Shown here one piece after another: positions 9,764-19,338 of a stretch of DNA of 64,000 nt. Within the stretch, counting starts at the first letter, position 1. Each line of letters begins with the position of its first letter. Below the pieces are notes generated by a model, which searched no databases, had not been told where the DNA came from, and was given only the letters and a program-made list of their open reading frames with translations. The stretch lies in contig CAXXQS010000001.1 of assembly GCA_963674735.2 (NCBI GenBank), positions 2,080,001 through 2,144,000 on the forward strand, written 5' to 3'. This DNA comes from Myxococcota bacterium (lineage in GTDB: Bacteria; Myxococcota_A; SURF-8). Position numbers and translations under genes: made by a program.

Positions 9764-10340
9764 AGGAATCCTGCACGACTTCCTCTTCGCGTAAACGAAT
9801 CGGGCTGACCTTTTCCGGGTGCTTGCCTTTAACGCTTTCGTAGAAGGCCCGCACCACATCCATGTCGTCGCGAATATTTCCCGTCGGATGCAGAAAGCCG
9901 CCCAACCCGCAGCAACGGCGCTCATAGTCGAGATACCCGAATCCGACCGGCACTCCGGCGTTTAACGCGATGTGATAGAAACCCGACTTCCAGTAACCCA
10001 CCTTCGAGCGCGTTCCTTCCGGCGGCACGGCCAGAATCAAATCGGTGGACTCATGAAAACGCTCGGCAATCTGCGAAACCAGGTTTTGAGGCGAGCGCCG
10101 GTCGACGGGAATGCCTCCCAGCCAGCGGTAGAATCCGCCATACCAGGCCGTAAACAGCGTATGCTTCCCAAGGAAGCAGACGCGTGTCCGCAATACAAAG
10201 GCCGTCGCCAACATGAACGGAAAATCCCAATAGGAGGTATGCGGCGCAGCGATGAAAACGTACTTGGCCGGAGCCTCGGCCTTTCCTTCCAGCTTCCACC
10301 CAAACACCCAGAGCCACAGACGCCCGATCCAGTAAGACAT
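9711..10340 (-). CDS. Lysophospholipid acyltransferase (PlsC family)
   Basis: APHTSYWD (HX4D), PEGTRS and WKSGFYHIA motifs. Confidence 0.88.
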   Translation of the reverse strand: MSYWIGRLWLWVFGWKLEGKAEAPAKYVFIAAPHTSYWDFPFMLATAFVLRTRVCFLGKHTLFTAWYGGFYRWLGGIPVDRRSPQNLVSQIAERFHESTDLILAVPPEGTRSKVGYWKSGFYHIALNAGVPVGFGYLDYERRCCGLGGFLHPTGNIRDDMDVVRAFYESVKGKHPEKVSPIRLREEEVVQDSFIEMDRTYIRSTEQPRA

Positions 10341-10358
10341 AATGTTCCTTTTCCGGTA

Positions 10359-10781
10359 TTAGAGACCGAAAGATCCTTTCAATTCGGCCTGTAAGGCAGC
10401 GGCATCGCTAGCCGATAACGAGCTGGCGCTGACGCCCATGCGTAGAGAGATGGTTTCGCCGTTCCCCCAGGGCCACCAGGCTCCGAAAAGAACCAGTGAC
10501 GAATTCGGATCCGTCGTATAGAGTCGCTGGCCCGGATGCAGGCCGACGTCGGCGGCAATTTGCTGAACGATCGGAGAGGCCTGGCGGATACTCTTCGCGT
10601 CCCAGACAAAAGCAAACGTCGGCATAAGCAGGTCTTCCACCTGTTTGGAATCGATCGTAATGAAACTGGAAAGGGCCGTTTGAAAACGATCGTCCCACTG
10701 CCAAACAAGCAGTCCCGCACTGTTTTCACGCAGGGCACGACCCACTTCTTTTATTTGCGAAGTGTCCAAAACAACCATCAA
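10359..10781 (-). CDS. Hypothetical protein
   Basis: Strong AGGAGG RBS; globular-looking 140 aa with WQWDDRF and FGAWWPWG motifs; co-oriented with the acyltransferase. Confidence 0.7.
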   Translation of the reverse strand: MMVVLDTSQIKEVGRALRENSAGLLVWQWDDRFQTALSSFITIDSKQVEDLLMPTFAFVWDAKSIRQASPIVQQIAADVGLHPGQRLYTTDPNSSLVLFGAWWPWGNGETISLRMGVSASSLSASDAAALQAELKGSFGL

Positions 10782-11049
10782 TTCCTCCTGATCTACCTTC
10801 AGTCACCAGACGGATACATTATGTACAGCCGATGATAGTTTGCTCGCACTTTAGCACGGTATATGAGATTTCTCCAAGGTCTAATCGCAGGTCCGATCAA
10901 GCCACCCCACCTTACCTTGAGAAAATTGGAGACTCCAAAGTGAAGCACCGCCGGCAAACAAATAGGCGGTTCTGCCCTTGCAGACCCACAAAATAAGGTC
11001 ACCCCCATGCTAAGTTATGGTTATTGTTCGGTTACTTGCATTCGATTCG

Positions 11050-11844
11050 TCAGGTTCCGGTTCCGGCCTGCCGCCGCGCAATGACGGCCGCCCCCAGTGC
11101 CCCCATCAGCTGCGGATCATGGGACAACTCCGCGATATCCGTCCGTAATAAGCGTGAAAGGGCGAGCAGCAAGCCCTTGTTCTTGGCACAACCGCCCGTG
11201 ACGGTGAGGGTGGGTTGCAGGCCGACTTTGCGCACGAGCGTAAACACCCGTTTGGCAACAGAGGTCTGGATGCCCGCCGCAATGTCGGAGGGCGCGTTGC
11301 GCTTGCTGATGAGGCTTACCACCTCGGTTTCGGCGAAAACGCTGCATTGCGAGGTGATGGGAATCACCTTTTTGGCTTGAAGCGATAGCTCCGAGAATCC
11401 GGCGAGATCGAGATCGAACAAGCGGCTCATCATTTCGAAAAACCGCCCCGTACCGGCCGCGCATTTTTCGTTCATGGCGAATTCCAGCACACCGCCCGAG
11501 TCGTTTAGCGCGATGGCCTTTACATCCTGGCCGCCGATGTCGATGATAGTACGTACCTGCGGGTCGCTGAAATGCGTCCCGGCGGCATGACAGCTGATCT
11601 CCGAGATGTTGTCGTCGGCAAAGGGAATTTCGTTACGGCCGTATCCGGTTCCCACCAAACGGGTCAGATCCTCGATTTTCAGTCCTTCCACCGCCTCGCA
11701 GGCTTTCGCCAGCACGGTTTGCGCCGTTTCGGTGGGGTCGATGGTGCTTTTGACAATCGCGCTGGCAAGCAGCCCGTTTTCATTCAGGATAACCGCTTTT
11801 CCGGTGGTCGAGCCCACGTCGCATCCGGCGAAATACGCACTCAT
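11050..11844 (-). CDS. Acyl-CoA dehydratase activase (HgdC/BadFG ASKHA ATPase)
   Basis: GCDVGSTTGK, TGYGR, DIGGQD, NEKCAAGTGRF and SQCSVFAETE motifs. Confidence 0.92.
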   Translation of the reverse strand: MSAYFAGCDVGSTTGKAVILNENGLLASAIVKSTIDPTETAQTVLAKACEAVEGLKIEDLTRLVGTGYGRNEIPFADDNISEISCHAAGTHFSDPQVRTIIDIGGQDVKAIALNDSGGVLEFAMNEKCAAGTGRFFEMMSRLFDLDLAGFSELSLQAKKVIPITSQCSVFAETEVVSLISKRNAPSDIAAGIQTSVAKRVFTLVRKVGLQPTLTVTGGCAKNKGLLLALSRLLRTDIAELSHDPQLMGALGAAVIARRQAGTGT

Positions 11845-13289
11845 TCTGCCTCCCTCGGCGGATTGGGCGCATCGAGCGGTTGGGCGTTCATCACCGTCGT
11901 CATGAACTCATCCACCTGCTTGCGAATTCCGGCGGGCGGCACGATGCGCGTATCGGATAGATCGTAATTGATGATCAACAGCGGGATACCGCGGCGGCGG
12001 CATTTTTCGCGAAACATCCCCAGTAAAGCCTGCGTGTTCTTGCAACCGATATGCCCGGCCATCCAGATCATATCGCCGCTGAACTGCTCCACGATGCGCC
12101 ACAGGTCGCCGAAAAAATTTTCCGCCGGACCGCGCGTATGGCGCGCCATGGGGCCTTCCATCACCACCCGCGCCAGTCCGCGCAGCATGCTTTCAGGCGT
12201 GGAGGTATCGATCAGGGGATGCCGGTTGTAGGTCAGCATGTCCATCACCATCGAAACGCCGTACCTCTGCTCGGCCCAAGTGAACAGCTCGGGAAACATC
12301 ATCGTGGGAGGATTCCACAAGATGGTCCGATAGCGCTCATCGGGAACGGCCGAAGCCCCGCTTTGCGCGATGCGCTGGGTAATTTCCACGATCTCGCGCA
12401 TCGCGGCTGTCCCGCGCGGACGTCCCGGCATGGCGATACCGTAAAGCAGGTGAGTGAGGTAAATCGGTTCGGCCGCCATGGGTGCCGGTTTGCGGCAGAC
12501 GAGATCCCACAGTTCCAATTCCAACTCAACGAAGCGATTGCGCTCCTCGCAGACCTCTCGCAAACGGTCCCAGTCCATGCGGCCGGGCGTGTTTTCCTGC
12601 AACCAGGCAATCAGCCGCTTCAACTCACCCACGAAATACTCCACCGCCCGTTCGCTGTAGAAGTTGTGCGGAATATCCAAACGGAAGGCGGGCACATTCA
12701 GCTCGCGCTGCATGATCTCGTAGGAGGTCATACCGCCGTCACAGGGCATATTGGACGACACAATGGCCACCGGCGGCGGCATCTCGTTTTTCAAGGTCAG
12801 GCCAATGGTGCTTTTCGGCAGGCTGCAGACATCGGGTGGAATCCCGTTCTGCTCGGCCGCATCGATATACCCTTCAACGATGGCCGTGTCGATGAACGGC
12901 AGGACGATTCCGAGAAATTCCGCCATCCAGGGATTCAGCCCCATGCCGTATAAAATCTCGGGAGGAACGAGATCTTCATGCAGGACCGTCCGCTCGGGAG
13001 CGCTGTAGAGGCCGTCCACCATATCGACGATACTGCCGACGACGCTGCCCACCGCAACGGCGTTCGCGCTGCGGTACAGCCCGGAGCGGCTGCGCGTCAT
13101 CATGTCGAGGATGTCGTTGGCGCGTAGGAGCTTCTTCAGCCAGGGATAGCGGTTTAGTTCCCCCAGCATATGAAAGGGATTGTGCTTCATCCCCAACCAA
13201 CCGATGCGCAGTCGATTCTCCCAGCGGGTCCGGTTGTGGGCCTGACGGTCGTGAAAAGTAAGCTTTTCCAGATTGGCGGTGCCGTTCAT
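11841..13289 (-). CDS. 2-hydroxyacyl-CoA dehydratase / benzoyl-CoA reductase family subunit (HGD-D, 3-Cys type)
   Basis: PPDVCSLPK, NMPCDGG and GHIGCKN motifs; start overlaps the upstream stop (ATGA) at 13289. Confidence 0.85.
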   Translation of the reverse strand: MNGTANLEKLTFHDRQAHNRTRWENRLRIGWLGMKHNPFHMLGELNRYPWLKKLLRANDILDMMTRSRSGLYRSANAVAVGSVVGSIVDMVDGLYSAPERTVLHEDLVPPEILYGMGLNPWMAEFLGIVLPFIDTAIVEGYIDAAEQNGIPPDVCSLPKSTIGLTLKNEMPPPVAIVSSNMPCDGGMTSYEIMQRELNVPAFRLDIPHNFYSERAVEYFVGELKRLIAWLQENTPGRMDWDRLREVCEERNRFVELELELWDLVCRKPAPMAAEPIYLTHLLYGIAMPGRPRGTAAMREIVEITQRIAQSGASAVPDERYRTILWNPPTMMFPELFTWAEQRYGVSMVMDMLTYNRHPLIDTSTPESMLRGLARVVMEGPMARHTRGPAENFFGDLWRIVEQFSGDMIWMAGHIGCKNTQALLGMFREKCRRRGIPLLIINYDLSDTRIVPPAGIRKQVDEFMTTVMNAQPLDAPNPPREAE

Positions 13290-14410
13290 GTCTCCAAACT
13301 CTCCAAGAAAGCCTGAATACGGGTTTGCAACTGTCCCTCGCCCGCCTGGGCATACTCCCGTTCCACCCGCAACGCGGGCCACCCGGCTTCGCGTAGCGCC
13401 TTGACCAGCGGGACCGATTCCACCCCCCACATATCGCAGAACTTCATCGTTTCCACCACCACGCCATCCACGCGATAGCGTTCGGCGGCTTGAATAATCT
13501 CCGTCAGGCGGCCGCTGAAGTTTTCCATCATGCGCGGGCAGGCGGTGCGGCGCAGGGTGTGACGCGCCAGGCTTTCAAACGGTTCGCCCTCCTCGGGAAT
13601 CGCGTCCAGCCCGGGGATGGAGCCGGTGCAGAAGCGGTCGGCCACCACTCGCGCTCCCGACCCTTCGATGACGCGCAGGTAGCCGGGATCGTCGAGGGTA
13701 CTGCCCACCAGCATCAGACGTGCGCGCGGCAGCGGTGCGTCCTCGGCAGTCGACACCTGCTCGATGATCGCGCGTAACAACGGCAGTAGCGGCGCCTTGG
13801 GCGAAACGCGGAACGCCATTAAAATCGTATGGAATTCCGTCCCCGAGATGAGAGGCCGATCGTGCAGGCGCAACTCGCCCAGTTTTCGCAATAGCGCCAA
13901 GACTTCGTTGTGGCGGCGAATCGACACCGCCAGAGCCTCGGGACCGGTATCCACCTCGAAATGATCGGTCAGTGTCGCGGCCAAGCCGCGCAACTCTTCC
14001 ATATACCAGGCCACCTGTTCGTCCCCGGTTTTATGCGGCAGATCGAGCATATAACTGAAAGCCGGTTCCATCAGATAGCGCAAATTATCGTACAAACGGC
14101 GCAGGTGATCGCAATTGGCGGCGAACACCCAGCCGTCCAGATCCTCCATCCGTGATTCCAACACCGCTTCCATCAGGCTGCGGGTGTAGGAGCACAGCAC
14201 ACTCGACAGGTAAGTATCCGCCATGGGCGTGGAAACCACGTCGGGGGCTCGTAGACGAATAGGCAGCAAGCCCGACACTTCCAGCAGCGGCTCGGGAATA
14301 TAGCTGCAGGTCGTTCCGATGGCTTTGCTTCCGGTCGCACGCGCCTCGGCCACCCGGTCATTCACCGGCTGAGTCAAACAGGCCTGGAATTCGGTCAAAT
14401 CGAGCGCCAT
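13286..14410 (-). CDS. 2-hydroxyacyl-CoA dehydratase / BCR family subunit (HGD-D, 6-Cys type)
   Basis: GTTCSYIPE, VLCSY, ANCDHLRR, DRFCTG, TACPRM, KFCD and GQLQTRIQAFLE motifs. Confidence 0.87.
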   Translation of the reverse strand: MALDLTEFQACLTQPVNDRVAEARATGSKAIGTTCSYIPEPLLEVSGLLPIRLRAPDVVSTPMADTYLSSVLCSYTRSLMEAVLESRMEDLDGWVFAANCDHLRRLYDNLRYLMEPAFSYMLDLPHKTGDEQVAWYMEELRGLAATLTDHFEVDTGPEALAVSIRRHNEVLALLRKLGELRLHDRPLISGTEFHTILMAFRVSPKAPLLPLLRAIIEQVSTAEDAPLPRARLMLVGSTLDDPGYLRVIEGSGARVVADRFCTGSIPGLDAIPEEGEPFESLARHTLRRTACPRMMENFSGRLTEIIQAAERYRVDGVVVETMKFCDMWGVESVPLVKALREAGWPALRVEREYAQAGEGQLQTRIQAFLESLET

Positions 14411-14515
14411 CCGTCTCTTCCACGTACGCGTAAAAAATCGGAGAAAAACCGCCGATAAGCCGGATAGACAACGAGAGCGAAAAAAAGAAGTTGATTTTGA
14501 GCGGCGGATCGTCTA

Positions 14516-14550
14516 CAAGTAACCCATGGTTAGTAACCATTGGTTACTTG
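14516..14550. promoter_or_regulatory. Tandem palindromic operator, likely bound by the adjacent TetR
   Basis: CAAGTAACCCATGGTTAGTAACCATTGGTTACTTG contains two overlapping AGTAACC-N3-GGTTAST palindromes, in the divergent intergenic region 27 bp before the tetR ATG. Confidence 0.7.
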
Positions 14551-14577
14551 CATCACTCACACAATAGAGAAAAATCG

Positions 14578-15219
14578 ATGGCGCGTCAAGCACCGCTCGA
14601 AAAAAAAGTAAAACGCGATCGCCGCGAGGAAGTTCTGCAGGCGGCGCGCAGCCTGTTTTTTGAAAAAGGCTACCGCGGCACCACCATCGAGCAGATCGCC
14701 CGGCGCGCCGACTACAGCAAGCGCACCGTCTACCTCGACTTCGCCAACAAGGACGAAGTGTTCATCACCGTCTGCACCGAGGGCCTGCGCCGCTTGCGCG
14801 ACGACCTGCAATCCATCCCCTTCGAGGGCATCACGGTGGAGGAAAGCGTCGACCGCTTCCTGGACGTCTACCTCGCCTTTTCACACAAGCGACCGCAGCT
14901 TTTTCGCATGATCTTCGCCGAAGCCACCCCCGAAATCATCGCCAATTGTTCGCCCGAAGTCCGCGAACGCGTGGCGGAACTCGAACGCGCCTGTCTGGGA
15001 AGCGTCGTTGTGTGGGCGCAACGCGCCATCGACGACAAACGCATTCCCCCCATGGACCCCTGGCGTGTGGCGGGCATGGCGGTCGGCTCGGCGACCGGGA
15101 TTATTTTGCTGTCGATGGGCGGCAGCCAGACCGTCTTCACCCAGGAAACACTGGATTCCCTCGTTCGCCAGACCGTCTGGATGGTCTGGGAAGGTTTGAA
15201 AACAACCATGACTTCGTAA
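14578..15219 (+). CDS. TetR/AcrR family transcriptional regulator
   Basis: HTH signature AARSLFFEKGYRGTTIEQIARRADYSKRTVYLDFANKDEV. Confidence 0.92.
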   Translation: MARQAPLEKKVKRDRREEVLQAARSLFFEKGYRGTTIEQIARRADYSKRTVYLDFANKDEVFITVCTEGLRRLRDDLQSIPFEGITVEESVDRFLDVYLAFSHKRPQLFRMIFAEATPEIIANCSPEVRERVAELERACLGSVVVWAQRAIDDKRIPPMDPWRVAGMAVGSATGIILLSMGGSQTVFTQETLDSLVRQTVWMVWEGLKTTMTS

Positions 15220-15233
15220 CCCCGGAGCGTACC

Positions 15234-16406
15234 ATGGCACGCAACGACCTGTTCGACGATGTCACCGCGATTATTTCCGCTCCCGACAATCCGTACATCT
15301 CCCGCTGGAAAGCATCCGGCAAGCCGGTTATCGGCTACTTCTGTCAATATGCTCCGCCCGAACTGTTACTGGCGGCGGGGGCTCTGCCGGTTCGTCTACG
15401 CGGAGCCGGATCGGAGGACAGCGCCTCCGGCGACGCCCTGATGAGCAGCCGCGTCTGCACCTTCGTGCGCCACGTCATGAGCCTGGTGCTCGACGACGCC
15501 TACGATTTTCTCGACGGAGAAATCAGCGTCAACACCTGCGACCACGTGCGCCGCGCGGCCGACGTCTTCACCAAGAAATCCGCCCTGCCCTTCCACGGCT
15601 TCATATCCGTCCCGCGCACCCCGCGGGAGTCGCTTTTCGACTACTACCTCGGCGAATTGCGCAAATTGCAGGCGGCTTTGGCGGAGCACTTCAAGGTGGT
15701 AATCGACCGCGAGTCGCTCAACCGCGCCATCCGTCAGACCAACGGCACGCGCCGCCGTTTGAGCGCCCTCAATCAGCTTCGCCGCCTGGAACGTCCCAAG
15801 CTCAGCGGGGCCAAGGCCCTGTCGGTGCACATCGCGGCCCAGCTCATGCCGCCCGACGATTTCGCCGAACTGGCCGACAACCTGTTGGCTGAATTGGAAA
15901 GCTTCGAGGGCTACGACCCACCGACGGTGCGTCTGTTCGTTACCGGAGCGGAACTCGACGAGCCGGCCTACATCGCCGCCATCGAAAGCCAGGACGCCCT
16001 GGTCGTCGCCGACGACATCTGTTTCGGCGAACGCTCGGTCTTCGGCTCCATCGATGAGAATAGCGACGACCCCCTCGACGCCATCGCACGTGCCACCTTC
16101 TTCCGCACCTCCTGCGCCCGCATGATCGGCGATTTCCCCAATCGTTGGGAACGCTTGAACCGGCGAGTGGCGGAAACGAAGGCCGACGGGGTGATATTCC
16201 AACGCCTGATTTTCTGCGACCCCTGGGGGGCCGAGCAACATAACCTGCTTCATCGGCTGCAGTCCGACCCGGCCTTCCCCATTCTCAGCCTGCTGCGCGA
16301 GTATGGCGTGGTGCCGACCGGCCAATTGCGCACCCGCGTGCAGGCCTTCGTCGAAAAGATCGAAATCGCGCGTGTACGAAATGGCGCGGCGGGAGGTGGA
16401 GCATGA
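15234..16406 (+). CDS. 2-hydroxyacyl-CoA dehydratase / BCR family subunit (6-Cys type)
   Basis: GYFCQYAPPE, RVCTF, NTCDHVRR, DDICFG, TSCARM, IFCDPW and GQLRTRVQAFVE motifs; GGAG RBS before ATG 15234. Confidence 0.87.
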   Translation: MARNDLFDDVTAIISAPDNPYISRWKASGKPVIGYFCQYAPPELLLAAGALPVRLRGAGSEDSASGDALMSSRVCTFVRHVMSLVLDDAYDFLDGEISVNTCDHVRRAADVFTKKSALPFHGFISVPRTPRESLFDYYLGELRKLQAALAEHFKVVIDRESLNRAIRQTNGTRRRLSALNQLRRLERPKLSGAKALSVHIAAQLMPPDDFAELADNLLAELESFEGYDPPTVRLFVTGAELDEPAYIAAIESQDALVVADDICFGERSVFGSIDENSDDPLDAIARATFFRTSCARMIGDFPNRWERLNRRVAETKADGVIFQRLIFCDPWGAEQHNLLHRLQSDPAFPILSLLREYGVVPTGQLRTRVQAFVEKIEIARVRNGAAGGGA

Positions 16407-17713
16407 GCCGCAAACCCTTGCAGCAAGTCCCCGAGTGGTTGCAGCTTTTCCAAAGCATGCCAAACATCCAACGCTTTTTCGCGGGCGATTCAAACGCGCA
16501 CGGCATGAACAGCCTGCTCAAATCGTTGAACGTCTATCTCAAAAAGATGCTGCACCACAATGATTCGGACCATCCCTTCGTCTGGTACAATCTCGGTTTC
16601 AATTCCGAATTGATCTACGCGCTGGGGGACGTCTGCCCGGTGCCGGTGGAATCGCTGGGCGTGATGCACAGCCTGATCGGCAGCCACGATATCACGCTCG
16701 AATTCATCGACCACGCCCAGGCCTGCGGCGTGCCCAACGACTGCTGCTCGGCGGACAAGCTGGCCATCGGCGCGATGCACAAGCAGGTCTATCCGCAACC
16801 GGCCTGCACGGTGGGCATCAACACCCCCTGCGACGCCCAGGTGTTGAGCACGCAGGTGATCGCCGAATTGGGGCAAGCGCCCTTCTTCGCCATCGATGTT
16901 CCCTATTATCACAACGACGAAACCATCCGGCATGTGGCCAAACAACTGTGGGAACTGGTCCCCTTTTTGGAGGCCCATACCCGGCGCAAGCTGGATTACG
17001 ACCGCCTGCGGGAGGTCTGCGAGTTATCCAACCGCATGACCGAAACCATCTGGGAGTGGCTGGAGTGGCGCAAACGCGCGCCGCTGGCGCAATCAAGCAA
17101 GCTGGTGGCCTTCACCCTGATTCTACAAATTCTGTTTACGGGCTCGGAAGAAGGGCTGGCCATCGCCCAGGGGCTGCTGCGCGAGGCACGTGAACGCAGC
17201 GAACGCGACGAGCGTTTCTTCGAAGAGCGGGTGCGCGCGGTGTGGTACCAGGATCCGGTGTGGACCGACCTGCAGATTTACGACTGGTTCGAACGTGAAC
17301 TCGGGCTGACCGTCCCGGTGGACATCTTCGGTTTCTACGCCCACGAGGGCCTGATCGACACCCGCACGCCCGAAACCATGATGCTGGGTCTGGCCCGCAA
17401 GCTGGTGGCCTGTCACCCGATGGCGCGCCAGTTTCGCGGCAACATCGATGTCTACATTCGCGATTTCATGCACATGGTGGAGGCTTGGAACGCCGACTGC
17501 TGCATCTTCGCCGGACACATCGCCTGCAAGCACGCCTGGGGCGGGATCGGCCTGTTCAAGGAAGCGCTGCGCAAAGCCGATATCCCGCTTCTGATTTTCG
17601 AGTTCGATATGTTCGACCCGCGCGTCACCCCGTATCAGGACGTCTTTTTCGAGGTGGAGCGCTTCGTAAACGAAATCGTGTATCCCCGCAAACAACGAAA
17701 AGCCAGCGCATGA
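16403..17713 (+). CDS. 2-hydroxyacyl-CoA dehydratase / BCR family subunit (3-Cys type)
   Basis: PNDCCSADK, NTPCDAQ, GHIACKH and EFDMFDPR motifs; ATGA overlap with the previous gene. Confidence 0.85.
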   Translation: MSRKPLQQVPEWLQLFQSMPNIQRFFAGDSNAHGMNSLLKSLNVYLKKMLHHNDSDHPFVWYNLGFNSELIYALGDVCPVPVESLGVMHSLIGSHDITLEFIDHAQACGVPNDCCSADKLAIGAMHKQVYPQPACTVGINTPCDAQVLSTQVIAELGQAPFFAIDVPYYHNDETIRHVAKQLWELVPFLEAHTRRKLDYDRLREVCELSNRMTETIWEWLEWRKRAPLAQSSKLVAFTLILQILFTGSEEGLAIAQGLLREARERSERDERFFEERVRAVWYQDPVWTDLQIYDWFERELGLTVPVDIFGFYAHEGLIDTRTPETMMLGLARKLVACHPMARQFRGNIDVYIRDFMHMVEAWNADCCIFAGHIACKHAWGGIGLFKEALRKADIPLLIFEFDMFDPRVTPYQDVFFEVERFVNEIVYPRKQRKASA

Positions 17714-17726
17714 CGGAGGTGGCCCC

Positions 17727-18527
17727 ATGCTGATTACCGCCGGAGTGGATATTGGATCGACCGCCTCGAAGACGGTGGTGCTCGCGGATGGCCGCATGGT
17801 CTCGCAGATCATCGGTCCCAGCTCGACCAACCCCAAACGCACCGCCGCCGACATCTACCGCCAAGCGCTCGAACAGGCCCAGTTCGCGGCCTCCGATGTG
17901 GCCTTCGTGGTCGGCACCGGCTACGGTCGCACCCAGGTGGAATTCGCCGATAAGAACATCTCCGAAATCACCTGCCACGGTCGCGGCGCACACTTCCTGA
18001 TGCCGACGGCCCGCACCGTCATCGATATCGGCGGCCAAGATACCAAAGCCATCAGCATCGACGGCGACGGCAATCTGCTCGACTTCGTCATGAACGACAA
18101 ATGCGCAGCCGGTACGGGACGCTTTCTCGAAGCCATGGCGCGATCGATGGAAGTGCCTATCGAAGAGATGGAGAATCACTATTTCGGCGACGGCGACGCC
18201 TGCACCATCACCAGCATGTGCAGCGTCTTCGCCGAAAGCGAGGTCATCAACCTTATCAACGACGGCATCCCCCTGCCTTCGATCGTCAAGGGCTTGCTCT
18301 TGTCGTTGGCGGCGCGTGTTTCGGCACTTTCCCGTCGTTTGGGTTTGCAGGAAGACATTGTCATGACCGGCGGCGTGGCCAAGAATCGCGGCGTGCGCCA
18401 GGCCATCGAAAAGAAGCTGAAAATCGAGTTGAAAAACTTCGATAGCGTCGACCCGCAGATTGTCGGCGCTCTGGGGGCCGCTCTGGTGGCCGCCGATTTC
18501 GCCCGCACCGCCAAAGGAGAGGCATAA
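17727..18527 (+). CDS. Acyl-CoA dehydratase activase
   Basis: GVDIGSTASK, TGYGR, DIGGQD, NDKCAAGTGRF and SMCSVFAESE motifs. Confidence 0.92.
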   Translation: MLITAGVDIGSTASKTVVLADGRMVSQIIGPSSTNPKRTAADIYRQALEQAQFAASDVAFVVGTGYGRTQVEFADKNISEITCHGRGAHFLMPTARTVIDIGGQDTKAISIDGDGNLLDFVMNDKCAAGTGRFLEAMARSMEVPIEEMENHYFGDGDACTITSMCSVFAESEVINLINDGIPLPSIVKGLLLSLAARVSALSRRLGLQEDIVMTGGVAKNRGVRQAIEKKLKIELKNFDSVDPQIVGALGAALVAADFARTAKGEA

Positions 18528-18531
18528 GTCC

Positions 18532-19338
18532 GTGCATGCGAACCCCGACAACCCGCCCTCGCCCGAGGAGGCCCCGCGCTTTTTCGACATGTCCGCGCTG
18601 ATCACCCGATTGCGCAGCTTCGTCGACGCACGCGCCGAGCAAGCCGTTGCGCTCCCGGTGGAAGCCGACCGTGCCGCGCTTCTTCAGCGTTTCGACTTTC
18701 GTCCCCGCCGCCAAGGCTCGCCCGAGGTGGTACTGGCCGCGAATACCCAGGTGGAACTGGGCCATCCGGCGACGGCCTCCTGCACGCTGCTTCTGCTCAC
18801 CCACGACCCCGCACAGGTCGTATCCGGTCGCGTCACCCGCATCGGTCCCGACCTCGACGCCCTCGACCCGGACGCGCGGCATGCCTTCGCCCAGGTGGTG
18901 ATGCTGGCCGCCGACCCGGATGCGTCCCTCGATCCCTTCGAACTCGACAGCGCCCAGTATCTCTTCAATCGCCTGCCCGGCTACATGGTGCGTTCGGTGC
19001 CGGGCCGCTTGTGGGTACGCATCAGCCGCCGGGGCTTTGAAGCCGGTTTACGCCTGACGACGGTCGGAGCGGCGTTGATCGACACCTATCTAACCGAATT
19101 CGAAGGCGTACAGGCCTGCGAGGTGCTGTTCGTCACGGCCAGTGACGCCGATGTGGAGGCGCTCCTGCCGCTCCACACCGAAGCGGAAATTCTGGCCGGT
19201 AAACACAAAAAACTCGCCCTCGGCCTGGACGGCGAGGTCGAATGCCGTGAACTCGACTGCGACACCTGCGAGGAAAAACCCGTTTGCGACACCTTGCGGG
19301 ACGTGGTCATCAAGCGAAGGAGACAAACCCATGCCTGA
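18532..19338 (+). CDS. Short CODH/acetyl-CoA synthase beta-subunit-like protein with a C-terminal Cys cluster
   Basis: ELGHP, GRVTRIGPDL, LPGYMVRS...LWVRISR and EVLFVT resemble the ACS/CdhC middle domain; C-terminal CRELDCDTCEEKPVCD. Start uncertain (GTG 18532 or ATG 18589). Confidence 0.55.
   Translation: MHANPDNPPSPEEAPRFFDMSALITRLRSFVDARAEQAVALPVEADRAALLQRFDFRPRRQGSPEVVLAANTQVELGHPATASCTLLLLTHDPAQVVSGRVTRIGPDLDALDPDARHAFAQVVMLAADPDASLDPFELDSAQYLFNRLPGYMVRSVPGRLWVRISRRGFEAGLRLTTVGAALIDTYLTEFEGVQACEVLFVTASDADVEALLPLHTEAEILAGKHKKLALGLDGEVECRELDCDTCEEKPVCDTLRDVVIKRRRQTHA

Noticed and set aside
10799-11008. 69-aa minus-strand ORF
   Set aside because: No RBS or recognisable motif; probably intergenic.
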